A stretch of 52,713 nucleotides of DNA from Rhodospirillales bacterium. Lineage in GTDB: Bacteria > Pseudomonadota > Alphaproteobacteria > Rhodospirillales > CAMCUA01. This document shows, piece after piece, positions 34,399 to 43,901 of the stretch. Under the pieces are notes generated by a model. The model saw only the letters and a list, made by a program, of their open reading frames with translations. It was not told the DNA's origin and did not search any database. Every line of letters begins with the position of its first letter. The stretch's first letter is position 1. The position numbers and the translations under genes were made by a program. The stretch lies in NCBI GenBank assembly GCA_947470575.1, contig CANITX010000002.1:1-52713 (forward strand), read 5' to 3'.

Positions 34399-35415
34399 CT
34401 AATCGGGCTCTGTCATGCGCAGGATTTCGAGTTCGGCTTCCGGAAGGGCGTGGCCAATCAAGGCCAGTTCCAAGGATGGCTGAACGCCGCTGGTGTGGCG
34501 ATCCGCTTGTTGGGCGGCGATGATGGCCCAGCGTACATGCGCCATCACCTCCCAATAGGCGATGGCGTCGGAATCGATCCGGCGGCCCGAGGCGGATTCA
34601 TAGGCGGCGATGAAGTCTTCGCGCCGGCCGATACCGCCGGCCTCGAGATCGTCGCGCCCGCAGCGCCAGCAGCGCGCGCAGAACCAACCGATGTCGGCAA
34701 GCGGGTCGCCCCAACCCGCGAATTCCCAATCGAGGATGGCGGTCAATCCGGACTCGTCGACCAGAAAATTGCCGGTACGAAAGTCGTTATGGCAAAGCGA
34801 GAGGCCATTTTCAGGGGATGACGGGGCGTGGATTTCCAGCCACCGCAAGCCCCATTCCAGACCTGGATAGGGCCACGCCAGATCGTCGAGGAATTGGCGA
34901 TAGCGGGCCACCCAGAACAGGGCCGGGTTGGGTGCCGGTTCGGGCAGAAATGCCAAACCGGCGGTTCCGGGCCGGATGGCGTGGATGCGCGCCATCTCCT
35001 GGGCCAGGCGACGCAACAGCAAGGCCCGGTCGGGGGCAAGCCGCTGGTCCTTGACGATGCGGAACCTGTCGGCCGTGCCAGTCAGGCGTCGCATCACAAA
35101 AAAAGGTTTGCCGATGACGGAGCTATCGGCGCTCAGCCATAAGGGCTCCGGCACCGTTACCCCGGCCGCGTGGGCGGCACGCAATACGGCGAACTCTTGG
35201 GCGCGGTTATGGCTTTCAGCGATCTTGGACGGCGCATCCGTGCGCAGCACGGCGTCGAGCCGGCCGGCATAGGGGCCACCCGCAACCTCGGCGAACAGGT
35301 GCCAATTTTCCTGAATGGCGCCCCCCGACAGGGGTTCGAACGTGCGGATCTCCACGCCGGTTGCCCCCGCCGCATGGGCAAGGAATGTTGCCAAGGCTTG
35401 CCGATGCTTTTGCAT
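34399..35415 (-). CDS. Phosphotransferase (APH/choline-kinase fold) family protein
   Basis: 338-aa ORF with the catalytic loop CHNDFRTGNFLVD and the metal-binding ILDWEFAGWGDP. The N-terminal lobe reads ..SGGAIQENW..FVMRR..G. Confidence 0.82.
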   Translation of the reverse strand: MQKHRQALATFLAHAAGATGVEIRTFEPLSGGAIQENWHLFAEVAGGPYAGRLDAVLRTDAPSKIAESHNRAQEFAVLRAAHAAGVTVPEPLWLSADSSVIGKPFFVMRRLTGTADRFRIVKDQRLAPDRALLLRRLAQEMARIHAIRPGTAGLAFLPEPAPNPALFWVARYRQFLDDLAWPYPGLEWGLRWLEIHAPSSPENGLSLCHNDFRTGNFLVDESGLTAILDWEFAGWGDPLADIGWFCARCWRCGRDDLEAGGIGRREDFIAAYESASGRRIDSDAIAYWEVMAHVRWAIIAAQQADRHTSGVQPSLELALIGHALPEAELEILRMTEPD

Positions 35416-35424
35416 GGCCGGCGG

Positions 35425-36435
35425 CTACCGAGGCCCTCCCGCCCGCTTGAACTTTTGCAGCGAGCGAACTTCCAGAGGTGCGAAGTGGGCAGTGGCGCCC
35501 GCGGTTTTCACGACCTCGCCGCAATACAGATCGCCGCGCGAATCGACCCAAATACCGTGCGGCGCGATGAAGTTGCCGGGCATCAACGGATCGGGACCGC
35601 CGAAGCGCGAGATGACCTTGCCGTCCGGGTCGCAGATCGTGACACGGGCGATGGGATCGTGACCCATGGGCGGATGATCGCAGAAATTATAGTGGATGCG
35701 GGCTGGGCCGGAGGGCAGCATCCAGCCCAGTTCGGCGATGTAAATATTGTCCTGATCGTCGATGAAGATATCGCAAGGCCGGTTGACCCAGTCCCAGGAC
35801 TTTATGAACGAACCATCCTTGCGGAAGATCTGGACCCGCGAGTTCTCGCGATCCGCCACATAGATGCGGTTGGCGCTGTCCACCGCGATGGCATGGGGCA
35901 GGTTGAATTCGCCCGGTCCGTTGCCGGGTTGTCCCCACGACGTAATCAGTTTGCCGTCCGCCGAATAGCGATGAACGCGGGCGTTGCCGTAGCCGTCGGA
36001 AATGAACAGATCGCCGTTCTCGCCGATCGCGACGTTGGTCACTTTGTTGAAGGGACCGCCACCCCACAACACGGGGGACTCGTTTTCCTTGAAGCCGGTG
36101 TTGGCCGCGACGCCGGGCTTGCCCAACATCGATTTCATGTTGCCTTCGGTATCGAAGATGCGAACCGTGTGATCGAAATGGTCCGACAGGTAAAGTTGGT
36201 CGTTCTTATCGATGAAGATGCCGTGGGCGTTGGCGAAGACGCCTTCTCCCCAGGCGTTGAGGAATTTGCCTTCCTTATCGAACACGATGATCGGATGGGC
36301 GCCGCGGTTGAAGACGTAAACCCGGTCCTGGGAATCGACGGCAACGCCGGCGACCTCGACGAACGACCAGCCCTCCGGCAGCCGTTCCCAACCCTGGATG
36401 ACTTCATAAGCAATCTTGTGCGGACCGACGGACAT
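35425..36435 (-). CDS. NHL-repeat six-bladed beta-propeller protein (peptidyl-alpha-hydroxyglycine alpha-amidating lyase-like family)
   Basis: Track ORF 35425..36588 trimmed to ATG 36435 (MSVGPHKIAYEVIQGWERLPEGW..). It has repeated ..H.I.VD..(D/N).(I/L)Y(V/I)(A/S)D..N.R(V/I)..F...G blades. Its stop is 9 nt from the start of the kinase-like gene. Confidence 0.75.
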   Translation of the reverse strand: MSVGPHKIAYEVIQGWERLPEGWSFVEVAGVAVDSQDRVYVFNRGAHPIIVFDKEGKFLNAWGEGVFANAHGIFIDKNDQLYLSDHFDHTVRIFDTEGNMKSMLGKPGVAANTGFKENESPVLWGGGPFNKVTNVAIGENGDLFISDGYGNARVHRYSADGKLITSWGQPGNGPGEFNLPHAIAVDSANRIYVADRENSRVQIFRKDGSFIKSWDWVNRPCDIFIDDQDNIYIAELGWMLPSGPARIHYNFCDHPPMGHDPIARVTICDPDGKVISRFGGPDPLMPGNFIAPHGIWVDSRGDLYCGEVVKTAGATAHFAPLEVRSLQKFKRAGGPR

Positions 36436-36697
36436 GTGATGGGGGCCCCTTCTTGTGCGGGATGGGTTGAGGGCGGTGGCGACAGGCATACAGGGTGACT
36501 TAACATCGTCTCCGCCGCAATATGCCGAAACCAGGACGGCCACCCATGAATACCCCACAGGGGAGTGCTCACGGCCGCTCCCCGCCAACCAATTTGAGGC
36601 TTACCGAAACCCGTTGCGGGCGGATAAAGTCCAACGTTCGCGTTCAGCTGTCCTGAAGACTTGCCGCCCGACATCCAAATCAAGGGAGGGACGACCA

Positions 36698-37552
36698 ATG
36701 CAGATCAACGATCCGTCAAAGGCCAAGGATTTTCATAAGCTGGTCGACGATCACCGTCCGGGCAACCGCAAGGCCGCCCTGCTGCTGACCGGCAAGGAAG
36801 GCACCCCAGCCAACTATCGTCTGGCCCTCAGCGAGGGCGGCACCGCCGATTGGACGGCGCCGCGTCATCGTCACGTCTTCGAACAGTTCCGCTACATCCT
36901 GTCCGGCGACTACGTCATCGGCAAAGACGACGTGCTGCCCGCCGGTTGGGCCGCGTACTTCCCGGAATCCGTCTATTACGGACCCCAGATCAAGAAAACC
37001 AACATGACGATGATCATCTTGCAGTTCGGGGGGCCGAACGGTCTGGGCTATTGGAGCGCCGAGCAGTTCAGCCAAGCGAGCGCCAGACTGGAGGCCAAGG
37101 GCAACGGCAAGTTCGACAACGGTATCTATACCTGGACCGATGCCGAAGGTCGGCGTCACAATCAGGATGCTGTGGAAGCGGTCGAACAGGAGATGCGCGG
37201 CAGCAAGATCGTATACCCACCGGCCCGCTATAACGATGTCATCCGAATGAACCCGGCAAGCTTCGATTGGGTGATGGACGCCGACAGCCCAGGCGTGGCG
37301 CGGAAGCATCTCGGCACCTTTACCGAGCGCGACGTCCGCTTCGGCTTCGTCCGCCTGGAGAAAGGCGCGACCTTGCAATTCGGCGCCGAGATGTCGCCCG
37401 AGGCGTTGGTCCTGATGAACGGCACGATGACGCACGACAACAGCAGTTACGGTCGCTACACCGCCTTCGGCACGGAAGCGGACGAAAGCCCTGTTGCGCT
37501 GACCGCGGTCGAGCCCAGCGAACTCCTTTATATGAAGATGCCGACCTATTGA
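36698..37552 (+). CDS. Cupin-domain protein (284 aa), function unknown
   Basis: Track ORF 36455..37552 trimmed to ATG 36698; GGGAGGG lies 7 nt upstream. ..APRHRHVFEQFRYILSGDYVIG..VLPAGWAAYFPESVYYGPQ.. resembles a cupin metal or ligand site. A second beta-rich half follows. Confidence 0.6.
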   Translation: MQINDPSKAKDFHKLVDDHRPGNRKAALLLTGKEGTPANYRLALSEGGTADWTAPRHRHVFEQFRYILSGDYVIGKDDVLPAGWAAYFPESVYYGPQIKKTNMTMIILQFGGPNGLGYWSAEQFSQASARLEAKGNGKFDNGIYTWTDAEGRRHNQDAVEAVEQEMRGSKIVYPPARYNDVIRMNPASFDWVMDADSPGVARKHLGTFTERDVRFGFVRLEKGATLQFGAEMSPEALVLMNGTMTHDNSSYGRYTAFGTEADESPVALTAVEPSELLYMKMPTY

Positions 37553-37638
37553 GGGCGTTCGTTCTTTAGACGTGCAGACGGTGCGGCGACCACAAGGCGG
37601 TCGTCACGCAGTTGCTGTGCTCGGATGAAAGAGCTGTC

Positions 37639-38838
37639 ATGGACTTTACCCTGCCGCCTGCGCTCGACGAGCTTCGCCTGCGCATCCGCCGTTTCGTCGA
37701 AGAACGGGTCATCCCCCTTGAATCCGACCGCGCCAATCTCGACGCGCACGAGATGATCCGCGAAGATCTGCTTGCCGACCTGCGCCGCGAGGCTCGCACC
37801 GCTGGCCTGTGGGCGCTGTCCATGCCGCCGGCCCGCGGCGGTCGTGGGCTCGATATGGTCGGCCTTGCCGCCTGTTACGAAGAGATGGGGCAATGCCCGT
37901 TCGGCGCGGTGGTTTTCAACGCCGCGGCTCCTGACGACGGCACCATGATGCTGTTGAATAAAATTCTCGACGAGCCGGCCAAGGATCGTTGGTTGCAGCC
38001 GGTCATCGACGGCAGCAAACGTACCGCGCTCGCCATGACAGAACCGGCGCCCGGCGCCGGTTCCGATCCTTCGGCCATGCTGACCACCGCCACCCGCGAC
38101 GGCGGCGACTGGGTGATCCGGGGCCGCAAGTGGTTCACCACCGGGGCGGAGGGCGCCGCCACCTTCATCGTGATCGCCCGCACCTCCGACGATGCAAGGC
38201 GCGGCCTAACTGCCTTTCTGTTCGATGCCGAATCCCCCGGTTGGCGGATCGAACGGCGCATCCCGATCATGGGACCGGAGGAGCACGGCGGTCATTGCGA
38301 GTTGATCTTCGATGGGTTGCGCATACCCGACGAACAGCGCCTGCTCAATGTCGGCGACGGGCTCAAGGTCACGCAGATACGGCTCGGTCCCGCCCGTCTC
38401 ACCCATTGCATGCGCTGGTTGGGCATGGCCCGCCGGGCGCTGGCCATCGCCCATGCCTACGTTGCCGAGCGCCAAAGCTTCGGCGTGAAGCTCGCCGACC
38501 GCGAAGGCGTGCAATGGATGCTGGGCGAGGCCGCCGCCGACATTCAGATCGGCCGCCTGTTGGTCATGCATGCGGCTTGGAAGCTCGATCAGGGCGACTT
38601 CGCCCGCAAGGAACTGTCGATTGCCAAAAATCACGTCGCCGATTGTCTGCATCGGGCCATCGACACGTCCATCCAGCTTTGCGGGGCGCGCGGCTATTCC
38701 AAGGACACCATGCTCGAATGGATGTACCGCTACGCCCGCCAGGCGCGTTTGGTCGACGGCGCCTCCGAAGTCCACAAGATGGTCCTCGCCCGGGCTTTGA
38801 TGGCCGAAGGGGACGGCTTCTGGAAGTGGGGGGCTTAA
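37639..38838 (+). CDS. Acyl-CoA dehydrogenase family protein
   Basis: Track ORF 37612..38838 trimmed to ATG 37639 (MDFTLPPALDELRLRIRRFVEERVIPLE..). It has ..ALAMTEPAPGAGSDPS....TA.RDGGDWVI.G.KWFTTGA.. and a C-terminal ..Q..GA.GYS.D..LE...R.AR...I.DG.SEVH. Confidence 0.88.
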   Translation: MDFTLPPALDELRLRIRRFVEERVIPLESDRANLDAHEMIREDLLADLRREARTAGLWALSMPPARGGRGLDMVGLAACYEEMGQCPFGAVVFNAAAPDDGTMMLLNKILDEPAKDRWLQPVIDGSKRTALAMTEPAPGAGSDPSAMLTTATRDGGDWVIRGRKWFTTGAEGAATFIVIARTSDDARRGLTAFLFDAESPGWRIERRIPIMGPEEHGGHCELIFDGLRIPDEQRLLNVGDGLKVTQIRLGPARLTHCMRWLGMARRALAIAHAYVAERQSFGVKLADREGVQWMLGEAAADIQIGRLLVMHAAWKLDQGDFARKELSIAKNHVADCLHRAIDTSIQLCGARGYSKDTMLEWMYRYARQARLVDGASEVHKMVLARALMAEGDGFWKWGA

Positions 38839-38940
38839 GCGACCGAAGCGGTCCGGATGGCCGGTGGACTCACGGCGACTGGAAGAAATTCCAACTTCTC
38901 CTCCAACGGCTTGATGATTTCAAACCCCTTGGAAGGAAGT

Positions 38941-39016
<76 letters not shown>

Positions 39017-39074
39017 ATCCGATATCGGAACCCGCGCGCCGCGTGCTTGGGAAACCGGGGCGGCGAGGTGGCCG

Positions 39075-39104
39075 AATATGTGGGGCGGGGCTCAACTGTG
39101 TCAA
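39075..39104 (-). promoter_or_regulatory. Candidate promoter for tRNA-Ala (TTGACA-N18-CATATT)
   Basis: Minus strand: a perfect TTGACA (39104-39099), an 18-nt spacer, then CATATT (39080-39075). It sits about 60 nt upstream of the mature tRNA 5' end. Confidence 0.4.
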
Positions 39105-39195
39105 GGCGAGGCTTCAGGCCCCCGCCGTGGGACCTTGGCTGCATGGCGTGATAAGCTCCGCTGTCGCCGCATAGCTATTCCGGACCGGACCCAGA

Positions 39196-40284
39196 ATGGA
39201 CGCCCCCAGCTACTTCGCTACCGGCTACCGCGCTGCTCGTGCCGCCTTTCTTGCCGCTGCGAACGCTGCCGGTGCCCGCATCGAAACCTTCGACAATCCA
39301 GCTCTGGCCCCGGATGGGTTGCCGGTCCATACCGACGTTGCGTTGCTTGGCGACGCCGCGGCCGAACGCCTGCTGCTGGTCAATTCGGCAACCCATGGCG
39401 GCGAGGGCTTCTGCGGCTCCGGCTGTCTGGTCGGTTGGCTGCGCTCGGGCGCCCATAAACGGTTGCCGGCGAACGTGCGTGCCGTGTTGGTGCATGCCAT
39501 CAACCCGCATGGCTTTGCCTGGATCCGGCGGGTTACAGAAGACAATGTCGACCTCAATCGCAATTTCATCGACCACGCGGCCGGCGCCTGGCCGGCCAAC
39601 GGCGACTATGGAAAGCTGCAGACCGTCATCCTGCCAGAGCGTTGGGACGGCGACGGCCGGGCGTCCATGGAGGCCGTCTTCGCTGCCTACATGGCCGAAC
39701 ACGGCGCTTTCGCCTTGCAGACGGCGCTCAGCCGCGGTCAGTACGATCATGCCAACGGCATCTTTTATGGCGGCCGGACGCCGACTTGGTCGAATCGCAC
39801 CTTTCGCGCCATTGCGGAGGGATTTTGCCGCCAGGCGGCGCAGATCGCCTTCCTCGATTTCCACACCGGCCTAGGCCCCTATGGCCATGCCGAAATGATC
39901 GCACGCTTCACGCCAGGTTCGGCTGAAGAGCGCCGTCTGCGCGTCTGGTTCGGCGAAGGACTGACGTCGCCCGAGGCCGGCGATTCGACCTCGCCGCCGC
40001 TAACCGGCCTGATTGCCGATGGTTTGATCGCCGGCTGTCCCGGCGCCGATATCGTCAGCGTTACCGTCGAATACGGCACCTATCCGATCCGCCGCATCCT
40101 TATGGCTCTGCTCGCCGACAACTGGCTGCATGCCCGTAGCGACCCCGCCTCAGACCTTGGCCGGGCGATCAAGGCCGAAATGCGGGCCTGCTTCTATCCG
40201 GACGAAACCGATTGGAAGGAGTTGGTCTGGCTGCGCGCGCGACAGATCATGGGCCGTGCTGTTTCGGGCCTGTCTGCGGCTTAA
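39196..40284 (+). CDS. M14-family metallocarboxypeptidase-like protein (DUF2817)
   Basis: 362-aa ORF. ..LLLVNSATHGGEGFCGSG.. , ..VLVHAINPHGFAW.RR..EDNVDLNRNF.. and ..FLDFHTGLGPYG.. fit the DUF2817/M14 pattern. Confidence 0.7.
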   Translation: MDAPSYFATGYRAARAAFLAAANAAGARIETFDNPALAPDGLPVHTDVALLGDAAAERLLLVNSATHGGEGFCGSGCLVGWLRSGAHKRLPANVRAVLVHAINPHGFAWIRRVTEDNVDLNRNFIDHAAGAWPANGDYGKLQTVILPERWDGDGRASMEAVFAAYMAEHGAFALQTALSRGQYDHANGIFYGGRTPTWSNRTFRAIAEGFCRQAAQIAFLDFHTGLGPYGHAEMIARFTPGSAEERRLRVWFGEGLTSPEAGDSTSPPLTGLIADGLIAGCPGADIVSVTVEYGTYPIRRILMALLADNWLHARSDPASDLGRAIKAEMRACFYPDETDWKELVWLRARQIMGRAVSGLSAA

Positions 40285-40350
40285 AGCCGGGCAGCGGATA
40301 AAGGACGAAACCTTGGCAATAGCGGTCGTCATGGTTATGTAGGGTAGGCT

Positions 40351-40887
40351 ATGAGCGCGTGCATCCCCATTTTCCAGCTGTTTGCCAACCTGTTCGCCGC
40401 CGCTGCCCTTTTCGGCGTTGCCGTGTCCTCGGCCGCGGCGCAGCAGACCGTTCAGCTCGGCACTTTTAAGGATTGGGGGGCTTTTCGCCACACCTCGGGT
40501 TCCGCGTCATTCTGCTATGTTGGCAGCGCACCGAAAAAATCGGTCGGTAACTATCGCCAGCGCACCAGCACCTACGTCCAAATCACCCACCGCCCGGCAG
40601 CCAAGAGTTTCGATGTGGTCAGTGTGACGGCCGGCTACGACTACCAGCCGGGCAGCCGGGTGGACGTGAAGATCGACGGCAAGGAATATGCTCTTTTCAC
40701 CGAAGGCGGTCGCGCGTGGACCACGGATACGGCGCGCGACGCCGAACTGGTTTCGGCTATGCGGGGCGGTCGCCAGATGATCGTGCGCGGCACCTCGTCG
40801 CGCGGCACGCAAACCGTCGATACCTATTCCCTGGCGGGCTTTACCGCCGCGCGCAAAGCCATGGAATTGGCCTGTCCGCGCAAATAG
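40351..40887 (+). CDS. Invasion-associated locus B (IalB) family periplasmic protein
   Basis: 178-aa ORF with a signal peptide (..[15 protein letters not shown]). ..FKDWGAF......FCY..S.P.. and ..G.......Y.LF.....AW......D..LV.AMR.G..M.V.G.S.RGT...DTYSL.GF..A fit IalB. It sits immediately upstream of rlmN; I recall this ialB-rlmN adjacency as common in alphaproteobacteria (from memory, not checked here). Confidence 0.75.
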   Translation: MSACIPIFQLFANLFAAAALFGVAVSSAAAQQTVQLGTFKDWGAFRHTSGSASFCYVGSAPKKSVGNYRQRTSTYVQITHRPAAKSFDVVSVTAGYDYQPGSRVDVKIDGKEYALFTEGGRAWTTDTARDAELVSAMRGGRQMIVRGTSSRGTQTVDTYSLAGFTAARKAMELACPRK

Positions 40888-40909
40888 GCCGGTCCGATTC
40901 CCTTGGGCG

Positions 40910-42028
40910 ATGGCGGCGGAAGCGCTATATCGAGGCATGATGAGCGATACGCGGACCAACCTTATCGGCCTGGATCGCGCCGAATTGACCGCCGAGATGG
41001 CGGCCTTCGGCGAGAAGCCCTTCCGCGCGCGCCAAATCTGGCAGGCGATGTATTTTCAGGGCGTCGCCGATTTTTCCGACATGACGACCCTATCGAAGGA
41101 CCTGCGGGCTCGCTTGGCCGAACGCTATAGCATCGCTCGGCCGGACATCAGCCGGGCGCTGGTGTCCGAAGACAACAGCCGCAAATGGCTGTTGCGATTC
41201 GCCGATGGCAATCAGGCGGAAACCGTGTTCATCCCCGAAGACGACCGTGGCGCCCTTTGCGTCTCCTCCCAGGTCGGCTGCACGCTGACCTGCTCGTTCT
41301 GTCATACGGGGACGCAGCGGCTGGTGCGCAACCTGACGGCCGGCGAGATCGTCGCCCAGGTGATGATCGCCCGCGACGCCACCGGCGAATGGCCTTCGGC
41401 CCAGGAAGACCGGCTGATGTCCAACATCGTCATGATGGGCATGGGTGAGCCGTTGTTGAACTACGACAACGTCGCTAAGGCGCTCGGCATCGTCATGGAT
41501 GGCGAGGGCATCGCCATTTCAAAGCGGCGCATCACGCTGTCGACCTCGGGCGTGGTGCCGCTGATCCGCCGCTGCGGCGAGGAACTGGGCGTCAACCTAG
41601 CGATCAGCCTGCACGCCCCGACCGACGAACTGCGCGACGTGCTGGTGCCGATCAACAAGCGTTACCCGATCGCCGAACTGCTGCAGGCCTGCCGCGAGTA
41701 CCCGGGGTCCAGCAACGCGCGGCGCATCACCTTCGAATACGTCATGCTCAACGGCATCAACGACTCGCCCGCGGAAGCCCACGAATTGGTCCGTTTGGTG
41801 AAGGACATCCCGGCCAAGTTCAACCTGATCCCGTTCAATCCGTGGCCGGGCGCGATCTACACCTGCTCGTCGAACAATGCCATGCATCGCTTCGCCAAGA
41901 TTCTCAACGACGCCGGCCTGTCGGCGCCGATCCGGGTGCCGCGCGGGCGCGATATCATGGCGGCCTGCGGCCAGCTCAAGTCTGCAAGTCAGCACGCCCG
42001 GCTGAAGGCCAACGCCCCCGCTGCCTGA
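40910..42028 (+). CDS. rlmN: 23S rRNA/tRNA (adenine-C2)-methyltransferase RlmN, radical SAM
   Basis: 372-aa ORF with the radical-SAM cluster site [18 protein letters not shown]. It also has ..[12 protein letters not shown].. , ..ITLSTSG..P.. and ..LAISLHA....R..L.P.N.. , plus a C-terminal ..AACGQL. Alternative starts are ATG 40937 and 40940. Confidence 0.92.
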   Translation: MAAEALYRGMMSDTRTNLIGLDRAELTAEMAAFGEKPFRARQIWQAMYFQGVADFSDMTTLSKDLRARLAERYSIARPDISRALVSEDNSRKWLLRFADGNQAETVFIPEDDRGALCVSSQVGCTLTCSFCHTGTQRLVRNLTAGEIVAQVMIARDATGEWPSAQEDRLMSNIVMMGMGEPLLNYDNVAKALGIVMDGEGIAISKRRITLSTSGVVPLIRRCGEELGVNLAISLHAPTDELRDVLVPINKRYPIAELLQACREYPGSSNARRITFEYVMLNGINDSPAEAHELVRLVKDIPAKFNLIPFNPWPGAIYTCSSNNAMHRFAKILNDAGLSAPIRVPRGRDIMAACGQLKSASQHARLKANAPAA

Positions 42029-42100
42029 GCGGCGGAATTAGGTTGTAAAAACATCAAATCATAGTTACGATAAATTGTTGTCCGGACGGGAGAAGGCGTT

Positions 42101-42337
42101 ATGGCGGATACCGTCAACTATCTGTTCTTCCTGAACTATCTGGCGGCGGCACTGTTCGTCATCCCGACATGGCGCATCATGCGCCGGGCCGGCTTTCGGC
42201 CCGCATGGACGCTTCTCCTGTTCGCGCCATGCATCGGTTATATAGCGACGCTGATGTTCCTTGCTTATCGGCCTTGGCCCAACCGCGTCGATGGCTGGAC
42301 CCCCGGCATCGCTTCGGTCGGCAAAGTATTCGAGTAG
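42101..42337 (+). CDS. Small two-TM membrane protein (78 aa), paralog A
   Basis: ORF preceded by GGGAGAAGG 5 nt upstream and by an AT-rich region. Product reads ..FVIPTWRIMRRAGFRPAWTLLLFAPCIGYIATLMFLAYRPWPNRVDG.. and shares a motif with the next ORF. Confidence 0.6.
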   Translation: MADTVNYLFFLNYLAAALFVIPTWRIMRRAGFRPAWTLLLFAPCIGYIATLMFLAYRPWPNRVDGWTPGIASVGKVFE

Positions 42338-42343
42338 GGGGCC

Positions 42344-42547
42344 ATGGGCGAGGCGGTCATAGAGCTAGCGGTTCTTTTCATCGCCCTCTTGGCGATAAAC
42401 ATTTATATCATTCGGCTGCAGGTTCTGATCCTGCGCAAGGCTGGCAAGCCAGGGCTTTGGGCCCTGTGCTTTCTTACGCCTGTCTATGCGATCTGCGTCT
42501 GGGTCTTTGCATACATCCCTTGGCCGACCGTGCGCGACGGCGACTAG
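42344..42547 (+). CDS. Small two-TM membrane protein (67 aa), paralog B
   Basis: It starts 6 nt after the previous stop. ..LILRKAGKPGLWALCFLTPVYAICVWVFAYIPWPTVRDG shares R(R/K)AG..P..W.L..(F/L)..P..Y(I/A)......(F)AY.PWP...DG with paralog A. Confidence 0.6.
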   Translation: MGEAVIELAVLFIALLAINIYIIRLQVLILRKAGKPGLWALCFLTPVYAICVWVFAYIPWPTVRDGD

Positions 42548-42662
42548 CGCCCTTCCATGATCCGGATTCCCGCTGCGGCTGCCCGGCGTTCTGCCGGCTT
42601 GCCCACCGGTAACCGTTCCCTATACTGCGCCGCCATTCGACAGCGGTGGAGCGGCCTTACCC

Positions 42663-43898
42663 ATGAATGCCAGTAATCGGGGCGAAGTCAAAGGTGTGAA
42701 AAAGGTGGTGCTGGCCTATTCGGGCGGGCTCGACACCTCGGTCATCCTCAAATGGTTGCAGGAAACCTATCGCTGCGAGGTGGTGACCTTTACTGCCGAT
42801 CTGGGCCAGGGCGAAGAGCTGGAACCGGCGCGCAAGAAGGCCGAGATGCTGGGCATCAAGGAGATCTTCATCGACGACCTGCGCGAGGTCTTCGTCCGCG
42901 ACTATGTCTTCCCGATGTTCCGCGCCAACGCCCTTTACGAGGGCACCTATCTGCTCGGCACTTCCATCGCCCGGCCGCTGATTGCCAAGCGCCAGATCGA
43001 GATCGCCGAGATGGTCGGCGCCGACGCCGTCGCCCACGGCGCCACCGGCAAGGGCAACGATCAGGTACGCTTCGAGCTCGGCTACTACGCGCTCAAGCCC
43101 GACATCAAGATCATCGCGCCGTGGCGCGAATGGGACCTGACGTCGCGCACCAAGCTGGTTGAATACGCCGAGCGCCACCAGATCCCAGTTGCCCGCGACA
43201 AGCGTGGCGAACAGCCGTTCTCCCAAGATGCCAACCTGTTGCACATCTCCTCGGAAGGTAAGGCGCTGGAAGATCCCTGGCAGGAGCCGGATTGGGATCT
43301 GATCCTCAGCCGCGTCGTCCCGCCGTGGAAAGCGCCCGACAAGCCGCTGGAGATCACCATCGATTTCGAAGCTGGCGATCCCACGGCCGTCAACGGCGAG
43401 AAGCTGTCGCCCGCCAACCTGCTCGCCAAGTTGAACGAACTCGGCGGCGCCAACGGCATCGGCATCCTCGACCTGGTGGAGAACCGCTTCGTCGGCATGA
43501 AGTCGCGCGGGCTGTACGAAACGCCGGGCGGCACGGTGCTGTTCCATGCTCGCCGGGCGATGGAAAGCCTGACGCTCGATCGCGGCGCCATGCATCAGAA
43601 GGACGAACTGATGCCGCGCTATGCCGAGATGGTCTACAACGGTTTCTGGTTCTCGCCGGAACGGCGGATGTTGCAGGCGGCCATCGACGAAGCCTCGCAG
43701 CGGGTTGCGGGTACCGTGCGGATGAAGCTTTATCGCGGCAACGTCTTCGTCACGGGGCGGAAATCGCCCAACAGCCTGTACAGCCAGGACATCGTCACCT
43801 TCGAGGAAGATTCGGTCTATGACCAGCGCGACGCCAAGGGCTTCATCAAGCTCAACGCGCTGCGCCTGCGCCTGGCAAAGGCGCTGGAGAAAAAGTAG
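42663..43898 (+). CDS. argG: Argininosuccinate synthase
   Basis: 411-aa ORF with [19 protein letters not shown] (N-type ATP-PPase motif). It also has ..[15 protein letters not shown].. and ..[18 protein letters not shown].. Confidence 0.97.
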   Translation: MNASNRGEVKGVKKVVLAYSGGLDTSVILKWLQETYRCEVVTFTADLGQGEELEPARKKAEMLGIKEIFIDDLREVFVRDYVFPMFRANALYEGTYLLGTSIARPLIAKRQIEIAEMVGADAVAHGATGKGNDQVRFELGYYALKPDIKIIAPWREWDLTSRTKLVEYAERHQIPVARDKRGEQPFSQDANLLHISSEGKALEDPWQEPDWDLILSRVVPPWKAPDKPLEITIDFEAGDPTAVNGEKLSPANLLAKLNELGGANGIGILDLVENRFVGMKSRGLYETPGGTVLFHARRAMESLTLDRGAMHQKDELMPRYAEMVYNGFWFSPERRMLQAAIDEASQRVAGTVRMKLYRGNVFVTGRKSPNSLYSQDIVTFEEDSVYDQRDAKGFIKLNALRLRLAKALEKK

Positions 43899-43901
43899 GC
43901 G

